Part shown: piece by piece, positions 26,810 through 41,800 of the stretch
How positions within the stretch are numbered: position 1 is the first letter of the stretch
Layout of the letters: the number at the start of each line of letters is the position of its first letter
DNA from: Lingula anatina
Lineage: Eukaryota; Animalia; Brachiopoda
Direction: 5' to 3'
Length of the DNA: 64,000 bases
NCBI GenBank assembly: GCA_051362555.1
Contig: CM120648.1
Coordinates: 6,258,587-6,322,586 of the forward strand
The notes under the pieces: model-generated
Database searches by the model: none
Seen by the model: only the letters and a program-made list of their open reading frames with translations
Told to the model about the DNA's origin: nothing
Program-made: the position numbers and the translations under genes

Positions 26810-29800
26810 TAGTTTACAGTTTATATAGTTTACATTCAATTACACACAGGCAGCACCAGTTCTGTTAGAAATAAATAAGATTTCAAAATGTGCGGAATAA
26901 GTAGATCAATTGTATAATATACCAACGTGATCTTACGGAATATTTGATACCTTACATTGTCTCCATTTTTTAAGGCCGATTTTGACGTCAAAGTGCATAT
27001 ATGTCCTTTAGCGAGACATTCTCATGAACTCCAGACCGCCTGAAGAAGTCCTATATTACCAGCGTGGCCGGTAATTACATACTGTATCCCCTCAATAGTC
27101 TAGGCGTTTTCCGGTCATCTTTATACGGCATAAAAACTCCTTACTCAAAGCAAACTAAGACTCAAATCGTTGAAGCTTCACTTTCTTATCAGCAGGAGTA
27201 ATTAACAAATAGAACTTTGGAAATATATATATCTATCCATTTTTTTTGTTTTTATTTTCAATTTTCGAAATTAGTGAAAAATTCCCGAACTATAAAAACC
27301 ATCACGGTTCAGTGATAGATGAAATAGAAAAAAATAGGAAAATGAATATGTATAATGTCTCTTACTGTCTACTGCACTCCTTTCTAATACATGTATAAAG
27401 CTGCGTCTATGCAAGTTCTTATTTCCAGAAGATGTTTGCCATGCGCACGAGCCCTGGAATTTGACGACGTGCTCTGAACTCTGAACACGGGCGTGTCCTA
27501 TTTAAGAAACCTCTGTAGCGCCCATTTATGTGTTATTGAACTATTTTTTTTGTTACGTAATTCTTTCAAGTCCAGACCAAAACAAGGTGTTATCGCGTAC
27601 AGTGTCAAGGACGTTAACAATTACCGGGTGCAGTTAAGTCTGATTAGCGGATCGATAGCTTTGTTAATTGGCAACTACTGGCACTAGTGATAATGCTCCC
27701 CCTTGTTTTATTTCATTAACTTTTCATAAGAAATCCACAGACAGCGTTTATTGCAACTTAAAGACTATTTGTTTTGCTGTATCATAAAATATCTGATAAC
27801 ACATCCGGTTTTAAAATGAATCCCCTACAATCGGCTCCACAAGTGTCTTATTTTCAAACTAGGTAATAGTTTTGAATTCAATAGCTCCTAACACACGACA
27901 GCAAGGTAAATACACAGAGAAGAATTTCGTCGGTGGTGTTATGTAATAAAAATAAAGTATTTTTTCTTCAATCAACAGCTAATATCATCATTGATGTGAT
28001 AAATAGTATCTTTTTGTTTTGATTTTATGGCCGAATGAAATAAAAATGAAAAAAAAACACTAGGTTCATCTGAAAACTGATGCAACAATTACGCGCTTGG
28101 AACCAACATTAGAGTTCTAATTTTTATCCCGTTTATCGAGACATTAAGAGACTGAGGAATAGCAATCTTATCTCACCTTCGTATTTGTTAACAAAAGCTG
28201 CACGTGCATCCCCGGACGTTTTTGGTGAAAGCCTCATTGGTATAGTTGTATCCTTATTTCTCTCCGCAAGTCAATGAGGTTTACGGGTTTGGTTGTTAGA
28301 TTTCAGCAATCTTCGCCTTATTGCCTGTTACCGATGTAATAAAATTTTATAAGTTTACTAACGGTGCTCGATCGTCCCCTTACTTTTTTCTTTTAAAGAT
28401 ATCTATCTTAAGCATTCGTTTGTTTGCTTTTGTCTGGCACAAACGATTCCAGGATTCTTCTCGTCACTCTCAGATTCTGCGTTACGATAAAATAAAACAC
28501 CTGCCTTCTCCTCTGACGCAAGCAATGTTGTCAGTGATGTTCAGATATCTTCAACGATCGAGAAAAGTGTAAATATATAATCCAACATGACCCCCAGGTG
28601 CCATGGTGTTACATGCAACGAACTAAGTTAGACTGGTACATCGGTGTGCGATTTTGATTTTGCTAAAAGGCAAACGTTGTCAGCGGATATGATGCACTGA
28701 GTCTGTCATACTGTGTGACTGTCACCCGTATCCTTTTGTCCGAAAGCTGGGCGTCTCTCCCAGGAAACAGCGAAGTCAATCTTCACACATCGTTATGTAC
28801 TCGTCACATCGATTTACAAGTCGTTCCTCTGTCACTTTAGCGCGAGGAAAAAAAAGAACGACTGTACGTAAGTACCGGTATATTTAACAGTACACGGGCT
28901 GCACACTGTTCAATATATTTTTCTTTGAGTGTTTGGTTTTCAGGCAAAGTCACATCTGCCTACAACATGCGGCTGCAGGAGTTCTTCGCGGGGGTTTCAA
29001 CTATGTCCATTTGTTTTTTTTTTTTCAGTCCGATTGACTCCCTGAAAAAGGTAAGTCCTTCAGACGAGGCTTTTTCGTTGCATAACCAAAAAGATCCCTC
29101 AGAAATCAACGCCAAGCAAACTCACCATATCAAAACCTCTGCAGAAGAACCTTCAAACAGGATGCTGCTTTTTTTGCTAACAAATCACAAATACCACATC
29201 AGTTCTCTGCGCTGTCACCAGGCGTCTCCCACGCGTCTCTTAACCTCCTGTCCGCAAGCGCACTGCTTTGATGATGGAGCTTAAAAAAAAAAGACAGCTC
29301 CTTTGTCCACGGTGCTGTACAGCATCCACGTATTGCCTCCCGGTATTGCTGCTACGAGTCTCTGGCCATTCTCAACCTACGTGTGTCCTACGATAAAGTC
29401 TTCAAAGCTCACACCGGTATTCTTTATGCATTAGACTCGCGGTCTTTATCGTATAATTACTCCCAGAGCCTCTCAAGGCGTTTTGAGCATTTTTCTCCAT
29501 AATGACACGTCTCTGCATCTAGCGGCTCATTTTTCATCTGGGAGATTCCGAGCGCGTCTTAGTACCAAAGCTCTAAAAAGACGTTATTAATCAAAAAAAG
29601 GGATGATTAAGTTCAGCTCCAGTTTGGGTTATCGCTCGTACTTGTTTTCCATATTCATTCCCTGGCGAAAAGCGCGTTCACACTAATTTCAAATGGACCT
29701 CAAATCGATCTTAATTACGGCTCAGCAGTTTAAAAAACAAGTAACTCGGCCAATGACTTTCAGCTTTCCTTCAGTCAAAACCCACGTGGCCCTTACCACT

Positions 29801-31203
29801 TTGGAAAAATCAGTTAAAGAACAACTTCCGGAGGTGGATATTAAAAAAGTCATGTGGGCGGTGCGATGTGTTTTTGGCGGAAACGTTCACTGTAATCAAA
29901 CAGGGTGCACTTTGGTAAAAGTTTACTGACAAAATTAGTGATAACGGCGCATAGGGTCAATCTGCATCAACAAATGGACCGCTGACGTCATTCTCCACGA
30001 CCAAATTTGGACCGATCTGGTTTGTGTGAGTGTGAACGACCTCGGTGTACGCTGGATTGGGACTCTTAGGACTCTTGGTAACTGAACTTTTATTTCAATC
30101 TCCTTGGAAAAATTGATATTTTTGAATTGTTGTCTTAGTTACGGTGCGGGAATTGTGGCCGGGGAATAATTTGCATATAGAGGAAAAGCGAAAGGATTAT
30201 GTTCGTAAAATGAACCTTTTTCTCTTTGTGGTGGTGTGTGTTGAAGCGTACGGACGGTTGTGCAAGTAAAAAAGGGTAAAACAGGGTGAAGCTAATGGGT
30301 GCAGGTATAGAGAGTAACCCTGATCATTTACTGGTAACAAAACCGCTAATGATGCCGAATGCATTTCCTTGTGAAGGGATGCATTGTTAAAATAAATCCG
30401 ATCAAAAGCACGCGTAAGTAGCTTTACGTTATAATAACCCCACGCATTTCCTGATAATTACAAAACGATGATGATTGTCTTTATTAATACGTAAAGAAGA
30501 GGTTCTAACGGATATCGCTTTATAAGTTCGAACTGTAACAAAATGCAATCGGAGGAACAAGAGTCGCAATGGTGCGGATATTGTTAGTTGCTAAAAAACA
30601 AAAAAAAAAAAAAAAAAGAACTGGAAGAGACCATTTCAATTATCAATTATTAATTTTTATACAAGCGCGATACAAGCAGGTTCTAATAAGTGGCTAAAAA
30701 CTGACAATAGAATACAAGGAGACTCAAGAAGACACATTTCAGAAATTCACGGTTATATACGTATATGTCTGTATAACCTGCCTCTGCGGGTGAAGCTTTG
30801 GACATAAGGTCGCCTCGGTGCTCTATCCCACTCTGGAGTGACTACCTGTATGTGCGATTAACAAATCTGGATAAGCATTTGGAGTGCAAATGGAGATTTT
30901 ACTCAACAATCAAAATATCGTTTCCAATTATACAGCCATAAAACGGTGCTTCCTCTCCTATAGGTGTCATTACTATGCCAATTTAATGGTAGACGTTAAA
31001 TTAATCCGCGTTTCATTATGCTGATAGGGAAATTGAAGTAAAGCAAAGCAGTCTGGATTATGCTGGGTTACGTTCTTGCGTTTTTAGCTTTTTTAGGTAC
31101 AATACCTATGCGCATGCATGATACAATTTCCTCTTACATATATATGTATACCAACATACATATACTAATGCAGCAGTGGATCTAGGATCCCTGTATCAAG
31201 TGT

Positions 31204-31234
<31 letters not shown>

Positions 31235-31394
31235 GGGCTCCAAAAGTAGTACAATGTTAAATATTTGCAAGTGTTTAAATGGTATTAAAATACTGTGACG
31301 GTTTTCCACACGTGAACAGAATGGTTATAACATAGTATGTATGCCTCTAATTATCTGTCTTACATAACCCAATCAATTGTTCGATTTATATAGC

Positions 31395-32730
31395 CGGTCA
31401 AATTGACCCACCTGGAAATTTACATATGTGTTCAAGCAACAACCCAAATACCAATGTTTTATAAGGAACCGAAAACACCCAAGTAAAGCGTGTCATCTCT
31501 TTAAGCCACAGTTTCTGAGGGTAACAGTATAAGCTGTGTGTAATCCACCAGTGAACGGTCAGTTTTGTAACAAGACTCATTGACCCGATTTAGGATTAAG
31601 ATACTTACATAAGTTACATTAACCGGTTGCACGTGTTAAACATCACATGTACCCATATACTATAGATATATAGGCATTTTATTTGTTGTGAATTGTGAGC
31701 AGAAGCACAAGGAATGAAGAAAACATATATTCACTTTCAGCAAGTAAAGCAGTCAAAATTGAATTGGATAGATAACAATATTTACATATATCACGGGTAA
31801 ATTTGTTTGCCCCAAAAGCTGTAACTGATCTGAACTCCATGTTGGTGAATTTCTATCTTAAGCCGGCTTTGAACGGGCGGCGATACAGAACATGTTCCAC
31901 AGTTTGGATGTTCCCGCAAAATTTCACGTACAATTTTTATACGGTACCCTCAACCAGTGACTTTTTTTCCACCATACAGTTGCTATAATGTACATGTACA
32001 ATATACATGTATATAACAAGTTGTTCTTATAGATACATGCAAGAACAACTTGTGTTTTAAGCATATTTGTGAAACCAATCTGACAGGAATGGTAATCGTA
32101 GAAATGGAAGCCAGGGCCGTTTACATGCTCAATGCATACATTCCAGCTCGTATCCCTAATGTCTAAATGGTATAACAATACCATGACCAATTTTTCACAA
32201 GTCAACAGGTTATAACATGGCATGTTTGCCTACAATAACCTGTCTTATAAAACCACTAAAATGGTAAGATCAGACAAATATATGTAGCTATAGACAAAAG
32301 AATCTTCACAAGTGTACTAAAATGTCCGACTTTTAAAGTAGGTCAACTTGACCCACCTGAAAATGCGCTTAAGCAAATACCCTAATACCAATGCTTTGTA
32401 AGGCATGGAAAGCACCCAACGTGCGTCATAATTAAGTATTTTAGCGTATCATCTCTTTAAGCCAACGCAACACCACTGTTTGTGAATATTACAGATTAAG
32501 CTGCATATGTAATCCACCATGGAGCAATCAGCTTTGTAACAGGACCCGCTGAACTGAGATAGATTCGAGATAGTTACATAAACCAATTTTACGTCTTAAA
32601 CATACCTATATACATGTACATGTGCCTGGCAAGTTTTTGTTATGGACACATGCAAGAACAACTTGTATTTTAAGCATATTTGTGAAACTTTGTGACAGGT
32701 ATGGTAGTCCTAAAAATGGAAGTCCGGGCT
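31395..32730 (+). repeat. Old, degenerate local tandem duplication
   Basis: 31396-31640 resembles 32341-32600 (ggtcaa.ttgacccacctg..., taccaatg, catctctttaagcca, gtaatccacca). 32035-32117 resembles 32648-32728. Confidence 0.75.
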
Positions 32731-33833
32731 TCCATGTGCTGAGGAAAGGTTAGGGTTCGCCACAGCATTGGGGTCAGTATATGGGACAAATCCAATATGA
32801 ACAAAGAAACGGGACACAGATACCGGTTCCCAGCGGACTGACTTTCCTGTCATCTAGGTCAAAGGTCACCAATATATCGAGGACAATATACAACACAACA
32901 CACCTTAGTAACTAAAGAATATCGCCCTAGTTACAGTGAATAACCTTTCTAATTCCTACAAAATATTGACTTAGCTGCAATAAAAAAATCGCCGTATTAA
33001 GTGCCGTAAAACCACATTCAGATGATCAGGTATTAGTGGCAGATATACGTAACTACTTTTTAGAGTCCACAGTAATGCTTTCAATACCAAAATACCGCTA
33101 ATGGTCTCCAAAATCAGTGATGACATAAGCTGTAATACGTGACTTTTTCCTCGTCAAGATACTTGTCACCATAGAACGGGTAGCATGATAGATAATTTAA
33201 ATGAAAGTCTCCGGTATTCGTGCGGAACTCTCGTCACGTGATCTCCTGTCTCGTATAGCAATGATTTTTATGTCACGTAACGCCGCTAACCATATGCAAT
33301 TTGGCAAGTGAAAGTGAATAGAATGTAGATGTATTAAAATTATCTCTTTAATTCTAAAACATACTGTTTGAGACAATTAACAACTTCCTACCTGATTATT
33401 CTTGGATTGCCAGATCGAAGTAGATGTATTTTTTCTTACATGTCCGTGCATCATAAATGGCTCACTCTTTAAATACGAGATCGGTTTCTGAAATAAAAAT
33501 GAAAGAAAACAAATACTTGTCTTCATGTAGCAATATGCATATACCAGGAAATCGTGACAAAAATAAGCCAATTAAGGATTTAACTTAACACACGGTACTT
33601 TTGGGCTGAAATCCCTGTTCAATTTCTCAGAAACTGATGAAGACATAAAGTTCGATAAATGGTGCAATTAGATTAGGCGTAAGTATTTTCTGAGGGATTA
33701 GTGACACCTAAAATAGCCAGACGCGATGCACAGACATAACAGACATCTCGTGAATGTAAACCGTCCGATTGGCTATCGTGCTTTGGTTCTTATGCAAGGC
33801 GGCCAAATTTTTGGCCTTTAGACTTCAAATAAA

Positions 33834-33852
33834 TTATTATTATTATTATTAA

Positions 33853-33884
<32 letters not shown>
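33834..33884. repeat. (TAT)n microsatellite
   Basis: Direct read. Confidence 0.9.
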
Positions 33885-33886
<2 letters not shown>

Positions 33887-36129
33887 TCTAGTTGTGTTGG
33901 TGATGCAGTTACGATTTCTGACAAGAAAAGAAAAAGGTCTTAAAACGTACGTTTATGTTTCTATCTATAAGAGACCCATCTACATGTAGCTGTTGCAGAA
34001 TTGGTTGACGCCCTTCAGACAATTTTGTAACATCTAGAAGGATCCTGGGTAGAAAGTATGTCAACATGGCATTGTCGAAATATAAGAACTTTGGAAAATG
34101 CTTGATATACATTGTACAAGTATCGGTATATATATTCACGTACACTCATTTATATTGTTAACAAAATCTGTGCAGTCTGTCAGTTCAAACTTTAACCGTC
34201 AAAAATATAATTGAACACATCGAATGTTTGGCGTAATCTTTTCCACGTTCATTGACAACGGCAATCGTTAGGAGTATTCGCATCAGAGATCGAGTGGCTC
34301 AGTTTTCATATACTTGCTTTAACGCTTGTTTTACCGCGGCATTTATGATTAATTAGGGACCGAGCTTAATCGAAACGCACACAACGCACACTTAAGCGAA
34401 ATGAAAAACACATTATTGATTGTTTCTTGTTCCATTGATGGAGAAAACGAATAAATCAGAAATGAGATCAAATAGAAATATTCCGGTGGAAAGCTCCGTA
34501 ATCGAAGGAAGCGTCTGAAATGTTCTGAAGTGATTTATTACTGTGTTTTGAGTGACATTGTCATGTGCATCTAGAATATTACCATTCCATATTTCACTGG
34601 CTCAGAATTAGCTAACCGTTATGATTCCAGGTAGAGCTTCTCTTGGTCTGTTCAATGTATCTGGCATTTTATAATATGAAATTATAAATTCAAATTACTG
34701 TTTTTCTTTTTTAATGAAACTGTTCTCTCATAAAATTATAAACATAATAATTGTATGTAACCAGTCAAACGTGCTATAAAAATGTGGCGTCTGCTCACAA
34801 ATCAATGAGCAGTTCAATGTATCTAACCAGTTATACCATTTCAGCACTATTCCATTTTATTATTACGTTATGTCACAGGTTTTGATTATTGCAGTTTCTC
34901 AGAGACGTATTAGTGTAAGATGCCACCAAAACAGTCATAATCATAGTGAACATTTGAGCCATTTCATTGACGCACGCTTTTGGTTTACAATCTGCTGAAC
35001 TGTTTTAGACCACTTTTCAAAAAAAAAAAAAAATCTATAGATACCTTTCAATATTGAGAGCTTCTATTGTATAAAATGATGAAAATTAATTGTGCAAATA
35101 TATTACACAAAATTTGTGATTCACAAGATTGTCACCTTGAGGAATGCCCCAACGGACACTTGCCAAATGTTTTGCACTGTTGTTTTTTTGACACGGTTTT
35201 CGAAATATTCAATAGGGCCCTTTTATCAAATTTCCCAAGGTACCTGTATTTCAAATTTTCAAATCGCCAAAGCTTTTAACGCAATCAGTTGATTATTTCA
35301 CACTTTTTTAGTTGTCGGTCAGCGAGTTTAAGTACCTCCTTAGCTAAGCAGTGACCATAACAGCGTTCTAAGGTGTGTCACCTCAAGGCTGTAAAAAGGT
35401 CAAGGGCACTAGCTATCGACATATACGATTGGGATCAGAGGTTTGTTTATGTATATCAGATATGCCAAGCGTATAAGTCAAGGGTTTAGCCTCTCCAATC
35501 CGCTTTCCTCTATCCAATCCTCAATAATTCGCAAAATCCTTCGGCCTTGACTGTTATAAACAACGTCAAAGATTATATTACTTAAGACGAAAGTAGGACA
35601 ACCCATGAAAATGTCGAACAACAAATTAACGTTGATATTTTTGTAACAGCTGCCCCTGTGGTATTTTTTAAAAGTCTGCTATTTGCAATTTCGCAATTGT
35701 TTTAACCTTATACCATAAGATCCATGGGTTCTCATACCAAAAAAAAAAAATAATAATAATAAAAAAAAAAAAATAATAATAATAATAAAAATAAAACATT
35801 TTATGGATAAACTACATAAGGCTAATTGCTTTGACAATAAGTCACTTTGTTGCCGTTTTTGTTGTAATGTCTGTTATCTCGAGTTTGCAGGACTCGGTGA
35901 GGTTGACAGTACAGTCATTTTGCTTTCATTGCCATTGTTCGGACTACCATCAGTGTATATGCACATGCACGCTCTCTACCAAAAACCGTCGCCCCTTCAG
36001 CAATTATGTACATTGCTACAAGGCTACCCATAGTTTTAATTTCACTATTACATAACAACTAGGCAACCCATCATTGTGCAACTTCGGGATGTGAGTGTGA
36101 GTGTGAGTTTAACCTACCTAGCGTAACCA

Positions 36130-37000
36130 TTAAAATGCCCCAACACCAATTACTTTTTAATATGAGCGAGAGAGATACATTTTTACCATGCGATTGACAT
36201 AGGAGGGAGTTTTGGTTCGCCTAATTCCCAGAAGGCTGGGTGGCTCCAAGAGAACCATTCAGAGGGATAGACAACGTTATACCCAAACAGGCAGATGGGC
36301 AAAATTGCCTGGGTAAGGCAAACCAAAGGAAACCACGCCCAGAGAAAAGAGAATGTAAATACGCAATCTTCGTAGAAAATGTTTCATGACATTAAGGAAG
36401 TTGACTGCAACATTTCAAAAGAACAGGGCACACCAAGAGCTTACCGCCAGAAGACGTCTACACAGTCGCCGTTATGTTGGCAGGATTTCTGTTAGGAGAC
36501 CAGGGATCCTCGCCAGGAACCGTCTACTTCGAGCTGGATGCTGTACCGGAACTCTGGCCTGGACACCAGCCCATAACTGGGCATTTATATTGTTCTCAGA
36601 AGCAATCAAGCTCAGAGTTGCCAAAAGTTATGGACGCGTACGGGTTTGGAGAACAGCTGGTAGGAAGTATCTTCGCAATTTTACGCCTCTGGTCGAAAGG
36701 ACGCACCCCACATGTACGTCATACATAGGGTGTATTGGCTACAGTGGAGTAAGCGAGCTGGCAATGGTCAACTGGAACCTTAACACAGACCATTGCATCC
36801 AAGTACTCTAAAGGAATCTTCAGGAATACTAAGAATACCCATGACCTTGATCATTCATTTATGTTTCAGCATGGTAATGCTACTCCACGCATCAGTTGGC
36901 TGGTTATATGCGAACCAAATCCAGACCCCCCCCCCAGTGACCAGCTCAATCCCTAGATCAGAACCTCATTAAAATATGTATGGTATTCTCGGAAATGAAT
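36130..37000 (+). pseudogene. Decayed Tc1/mariner transposase
   Basis: ORF 36386-36811 has Tc1-like RRRL...RRP...R...W...W..ILFSE...GRVRVWR..G. Downstream frames give FMFQHGNATP (for FQQDNAP) and PAQSLDQNLI (for PxxSPDLNPIE). Stops, frameshifts and lost catalytic Asp residues. Boundaries approximate. Confidence 0.85.
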
Positions 37001-38143
37001 AAGTGAACAGATGTGCCTGTTCAGAAGTGCCTGGGCTTTCTCATTAACTACCTGTACCTTCACACTTGGGTGCCATTGTCATAATAATTTATTTTCCAAC
37101 CAGGTTATGTAATAGACAAGTGAGAAGGACAAGGACGTGTTTGTGTATTTGTTTGATGCGATTTTAAAAAGCTTCCTTTGCTCAAGACACCCCAAATCTG
37201 ACATTACATAAAAAATGATAGTACATTATAACTAAACTCATAAGGGCCACAGAGAAGATAAATTTTATATTTACTATGCTTTTCCATTAAAACCAGTTTA
37301 TTACTATAACATGTATTTTGTTTCGCATACATTGTATCTTTTATCGAAACTCTAAAAAAGAACACTTTGTAAAACCTTTGCATGGTTTTAAACCCACTGA
37401 TAAGCTGTTTAAGAGCAAACTTGGCAGCATTCACCCGCGGGATAAAAGATTAATTTGTTAAATACTCATTTTGTCTGAGTCGACACGCTATTCAGTGTTT
37501 CCACGAAACGAGATTTCCCATTTAAAGCAGCAACTCTCCACCTTGACATATAATCGAACCAAAAACATCCCGACATCAATGAATATCATCCGCTACTTTC
37601 TTCAACCTTTTGATATATGGGGCTTGTTTGAATAATTTATAAAATCCCATCGTTATTGAAGAATGTCCGACATATTATGGAGGCAATAATCCAAAAGCAT
37701 GCCCCACTGGGGTTTGCATTCATACTTAATTGATAGACACGTTGGGCATGAGATTGGGGAATAAAAACAGTTTTTCGTGAAACAATACTGTGGTCATAAA
37801 CGTCACGCTAGGGAACTTACATGTATCAATCGCGATCGTTTGTTTTAACAACATGATGCAATTTCATTCCTAATTTCACATTGGCCTTCTCAGACCAGGG
37901 GGTTTCTTCAACGCTGATCTAGTATCAAAATTTAGTGCAGATATTTAAAAAAAAAACAACATATTTTCGGGCATGTCTTTGTAAATTTTTGCCATCAGTG
38001 GGAACTCTAAATCTGGTATCTTTGACAATTTACTTAGACTATGAATAGATTTGCTGACTTGACGTTACCGGACGGCTCGATTACATAAGGGCCGCCATAT
38101 TACGGTACATTAATATCCGTTGCATGTATAGCCAACATAATTG

Positions 38144-38453
38144 CCGGTGTGACAGGAATGGTAGTCCGCTAGGAACCGTAGTCCGTTCCCTATTACTTTG
38201 TGTAGGTGGCATTTGTCCCATATGCTTACCCCAATACAACGCCTAACCCTAACCTGTACTTTTCGTATGGACCCCGTACTTCCATCCTTAGGACTACCAA
38301 CGGTGTAACGTGATAGACCCCCCTCCCCCCCCCCACTTGACAGAGAGTCCACTGCCCATTTATTTCTGCAGGTAAGCCTCGCCCTACTTAACCATTGTAA
38401 CTACATGGAGGGCAGACTTTCTGTTATACGGATCCTCAGTTTCGTTACACCGG
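38144..38453 (+). mobile_element. Composite of two CCGG-ended non-autonomous elements (38144-38299 and 38300-38453)
   Basis: The first part matches 48135 onward. The second (cggtgtaacg...cgttacaccgg) matches 60408-60573 in reverse. Confidence 0.65.
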
Positions 38454-38567
38454 CGATAATTTGGTCTTGTATTTGTCCTTGGCAGAGATGAAAACCATAT
38501 GTATTTGACTTGTGCGGTCCTTCTACTCAAAACCTCAGTCTTTACCAGCGAGATTGTAATCACCATT

Positions 38568-38858
38568 CAGTGGCGGATTTAGAGGGGGGTCAGAGGGGTC
38601 CTGACCTCCCCCCCCCCTCGGTTTCTGAAAAATATATCACGTCAATATTCCCCTCTTGAAATTAGAATTTTGACTAACTGAATCATTGTATTAATTAAAC
38701 CGTACCAAAGGGCACCGTTTGACCTCCAAAACACCAAAAAAAAATTCGCGGCCCTTTAGCAGGCCCCGAACCCCACACCAAGGGGGCGATGGTCGACTTT
38801 GCATCCAAGGCCTGTTTTTTTCCGGACCCCTCCTTCAAATAATCCTGGATCCCCCCTG
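38568..38858. mobile_element. CAGTGGCGGAT-ended non-autonomous DNA element
   Basis: cagtggcggatttag...ctggatcccccctg. CCATT directly repeated on both flanks. Confidence 0.6.
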
Positions 38859-41800
38859 CCATTGGTAAATTATACCCTTTGCTATCACAGGCGTCCTTGT
38901 AGTCTAACCTAGTAGAACACCCTCGAAGAAACCTTTTCTTCATCTTTGAAACGGACTAGACTATCAGTAAAGAGTCCTACGCGATATCAGAAAGTAGCGA
39001 AATTACACGTTAACGTAGCACGTGTGTGCGAGCTGATAGGCACAACGATTTTCTTATTCGTGTCGCTGTCTTTTGATAAGACATTGAAGAGACTGACATT
39101 TTATCTGCTTTTTTAAAGATAACATGCACTGCTGGGTTTGTTCCAATTCGGAACAATCAGCCAAATTAGATACAAACTGTTTAATTTACAATTAGTGTAT
39201 TGTCGCAAATAACTTGGGCTTTGACGGAGTATAAATTATTCATTGTGTATCAAAGACAAATCGCATTTTACCGATATACAGGCATAAAATAACATTTCCG
39301 AAAGAAAAATGATACAAGTAATAACGACTAGACCCATGGGAGTCATATGTTTAAGTGGATTTTTCTGTAAGATAAAGCGCGTGCCTATTGCGCCAACTGG
39401 CACAAAATATAAGTATATATTACGCCAGTCTTTAATCTCGTGGAGTTTCAATTATCACACGGAAACGTGCGGTACAGATTCAGCACGGAAATGAATTTAA
39501 GAATTTAAGTATTCAGATTGACGTTCCCGTCATAAATATGCAACTTGAAACACTTATTAAATACTGCTAAGTAACGTTAAGCTTAAGGGAACACGTCTTC
39601 CTCCCTCGTAATTCTTTTTTTTTTTGGAAGAAACGCAAATTTCGCCGTGGATACTGCAGTATATTGGAAAAGTAATAAGAACTCCTGTCCATTGACCTTA
39701 GGCATTGCTGTTTCAACACGTGCATACGTACAAATAACGTGAATTATGAACCCTTTTGTTTAGCACCTTCGTCTCCTGACCTCCGCCTAACAAGTCCAAA
39801 ATCAAGGCAATTCTTTATAGAAGCAATTTGAACGCAGGGCATAGGTATCCAGTCGCTCATTCCAGTTCCAATGCTTGCAATAAAACCGTGGCAATTACAC
39901 ATTACGCGTATAAACCTACACCTGTAATATCAACTAAAGTAATAGCACACTCGCCCTGCTACAGTAATAACACTGATAAATATTGCCATTTTCACTTTAG
40001 ACCAAGTAATAATAGCTATCTACTCTTTCATCCAATGATGATTACGAAAGATAAATAGCGAGCTGGAGGTCACACATGTCTCAAGGATGCTATGTACAAC
40101 AGTTATGACCATAACGCTTTATTGAGGGGTCACTCCCATTGTCATTAACGACCCAAGGACGTTACTCTTTCACGCTTTTGTGCTATAGATACTAATATTT
40201 TGTTAAGAACTTCAATGTGTTATTTCTGAAATTAGTTATATTAATCACGTATAAAAAAAGGTCTCGAGCAACACTGTCACATATTAATGTCACCAAAATG
40301 TCAAATCGATTCGCTATTCTTAAATGCTGGTGCAAAATAACAGTGGGCAATTTGCAGACATATTATTAGTTTAAGACGCGTCAACTGCCAAAGATTTAAC
40401 ATCATCAATCTTATATTTTATGCAGAGAATTCAACCCCAAGTACCATAGTGGCCAAAATATACAATTATATCATATAGGGGTCATTAATTTTTAAATATG
40501 AAGCATGCAGAATATGAATAATAAAATGTATAGTGGAAAGGCAATTTTGATAACAAAATAAGTGCGGCGGGGACCAATCTATACAATAACAACATAAACA
40601 ATTCATCAGTTTCAACACACAAATTATGAAAAAAAATTGCCCACTTTGCCTTTCATAGAGAGATATCAGACTAAGTGCTACAGTGGCCAATTTATCCAAT
40701 TGGCAATCCCCGGAATGGAATTTATTGACAGCAGCTCCCAAGTAGGATATGACAAAGCTGCGTTAGGAATTACAGAAATTGCCACTGAAAGAGCAAAGCA
40801 TGAAGATTGATTGGAATTTGAGGTATTTTTTAACCCTAATTAAGTGTCTGTTTGGAAGGGATCCGCAACCTATTGATGGACTGAGATAAGGATAAATGGA
40901 CTATTTGAAGAAAGTATATTTGCTATTTGTGTGCCTAAATGTTGCCGTGGCTGAAGCTGGGCAGTCTGTGGGCATTGTTATATACCAATAAATGCACGTT
41001 TTAAACAGTAACGTTGGCTCCGAAATATGGCTTTTGCAATATCAGAAAATAAAGGCATGCAATGAAGTAAGATGCTGTTTTTACTGACGTATTAAATAGG
41101 TGTGGTGGAGGGAGAGGTCACCTTATCACAAATCCGAACCCGTTTCTGGAATTAAAGAGTCCATTTGGAATTGGACAATTAGTATAGCTTCAAGTTCAGA
41201 CGACACTTGCGTTCTTAACATAATTGTTCAATATGTTCGTGGTTTGTTATGTAATTGTATCACACACACACACACTTAATTCGAATTTCTTCTGCGAAAC
41301 TTACAAAAATGTGGCATCTTGAAAAAGTGTTTTAAAATCTTAAATTTAGTGAAAAAGTTAATATCTAAGTTTTAGCAATTACATGAGATGAAAATAATCT
41401 TACGTTCTTTAATAACTTCGGATATGAAGAAGGAAGCAGTTCGAGAATTAGAGACTTCTATTTTAAGAACGTTTTGATGAAAACGTGACCAAACATCGTG
41501 GCACTTAATTCATTTGCCAAAACTAATTCATTCATTCCCTTGCATACATCTCATCTGGTTCTGCTGTGATTCACCAATTCTCTGTTAAAAGATCAAAAGA
41601 ACGACGGTAAAACCGTTATTTTTAAACTTTAATGGTACCGCAGTAATTCCATAATGGAAAAGTGTATACAGGTATTTCGGAGCTCATGGTAATGGAATTT
41701 GTCTGTTGATATGGTTGTTGTTATGTGGCTTAAAAGGGGATTTTAATAGCTCAAACTGGGTGACCCCCGTGAAAATATTTAACCATTGTCAAAAACCCCC

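Noticed and set aside
36386-36811. Active transposase driving the local MITEs
   Set aside because: It is Tc1-type (TA target), truncated and lacks catalytic residues. The MITEs show 3-bp duplications typical of a different superfamily.
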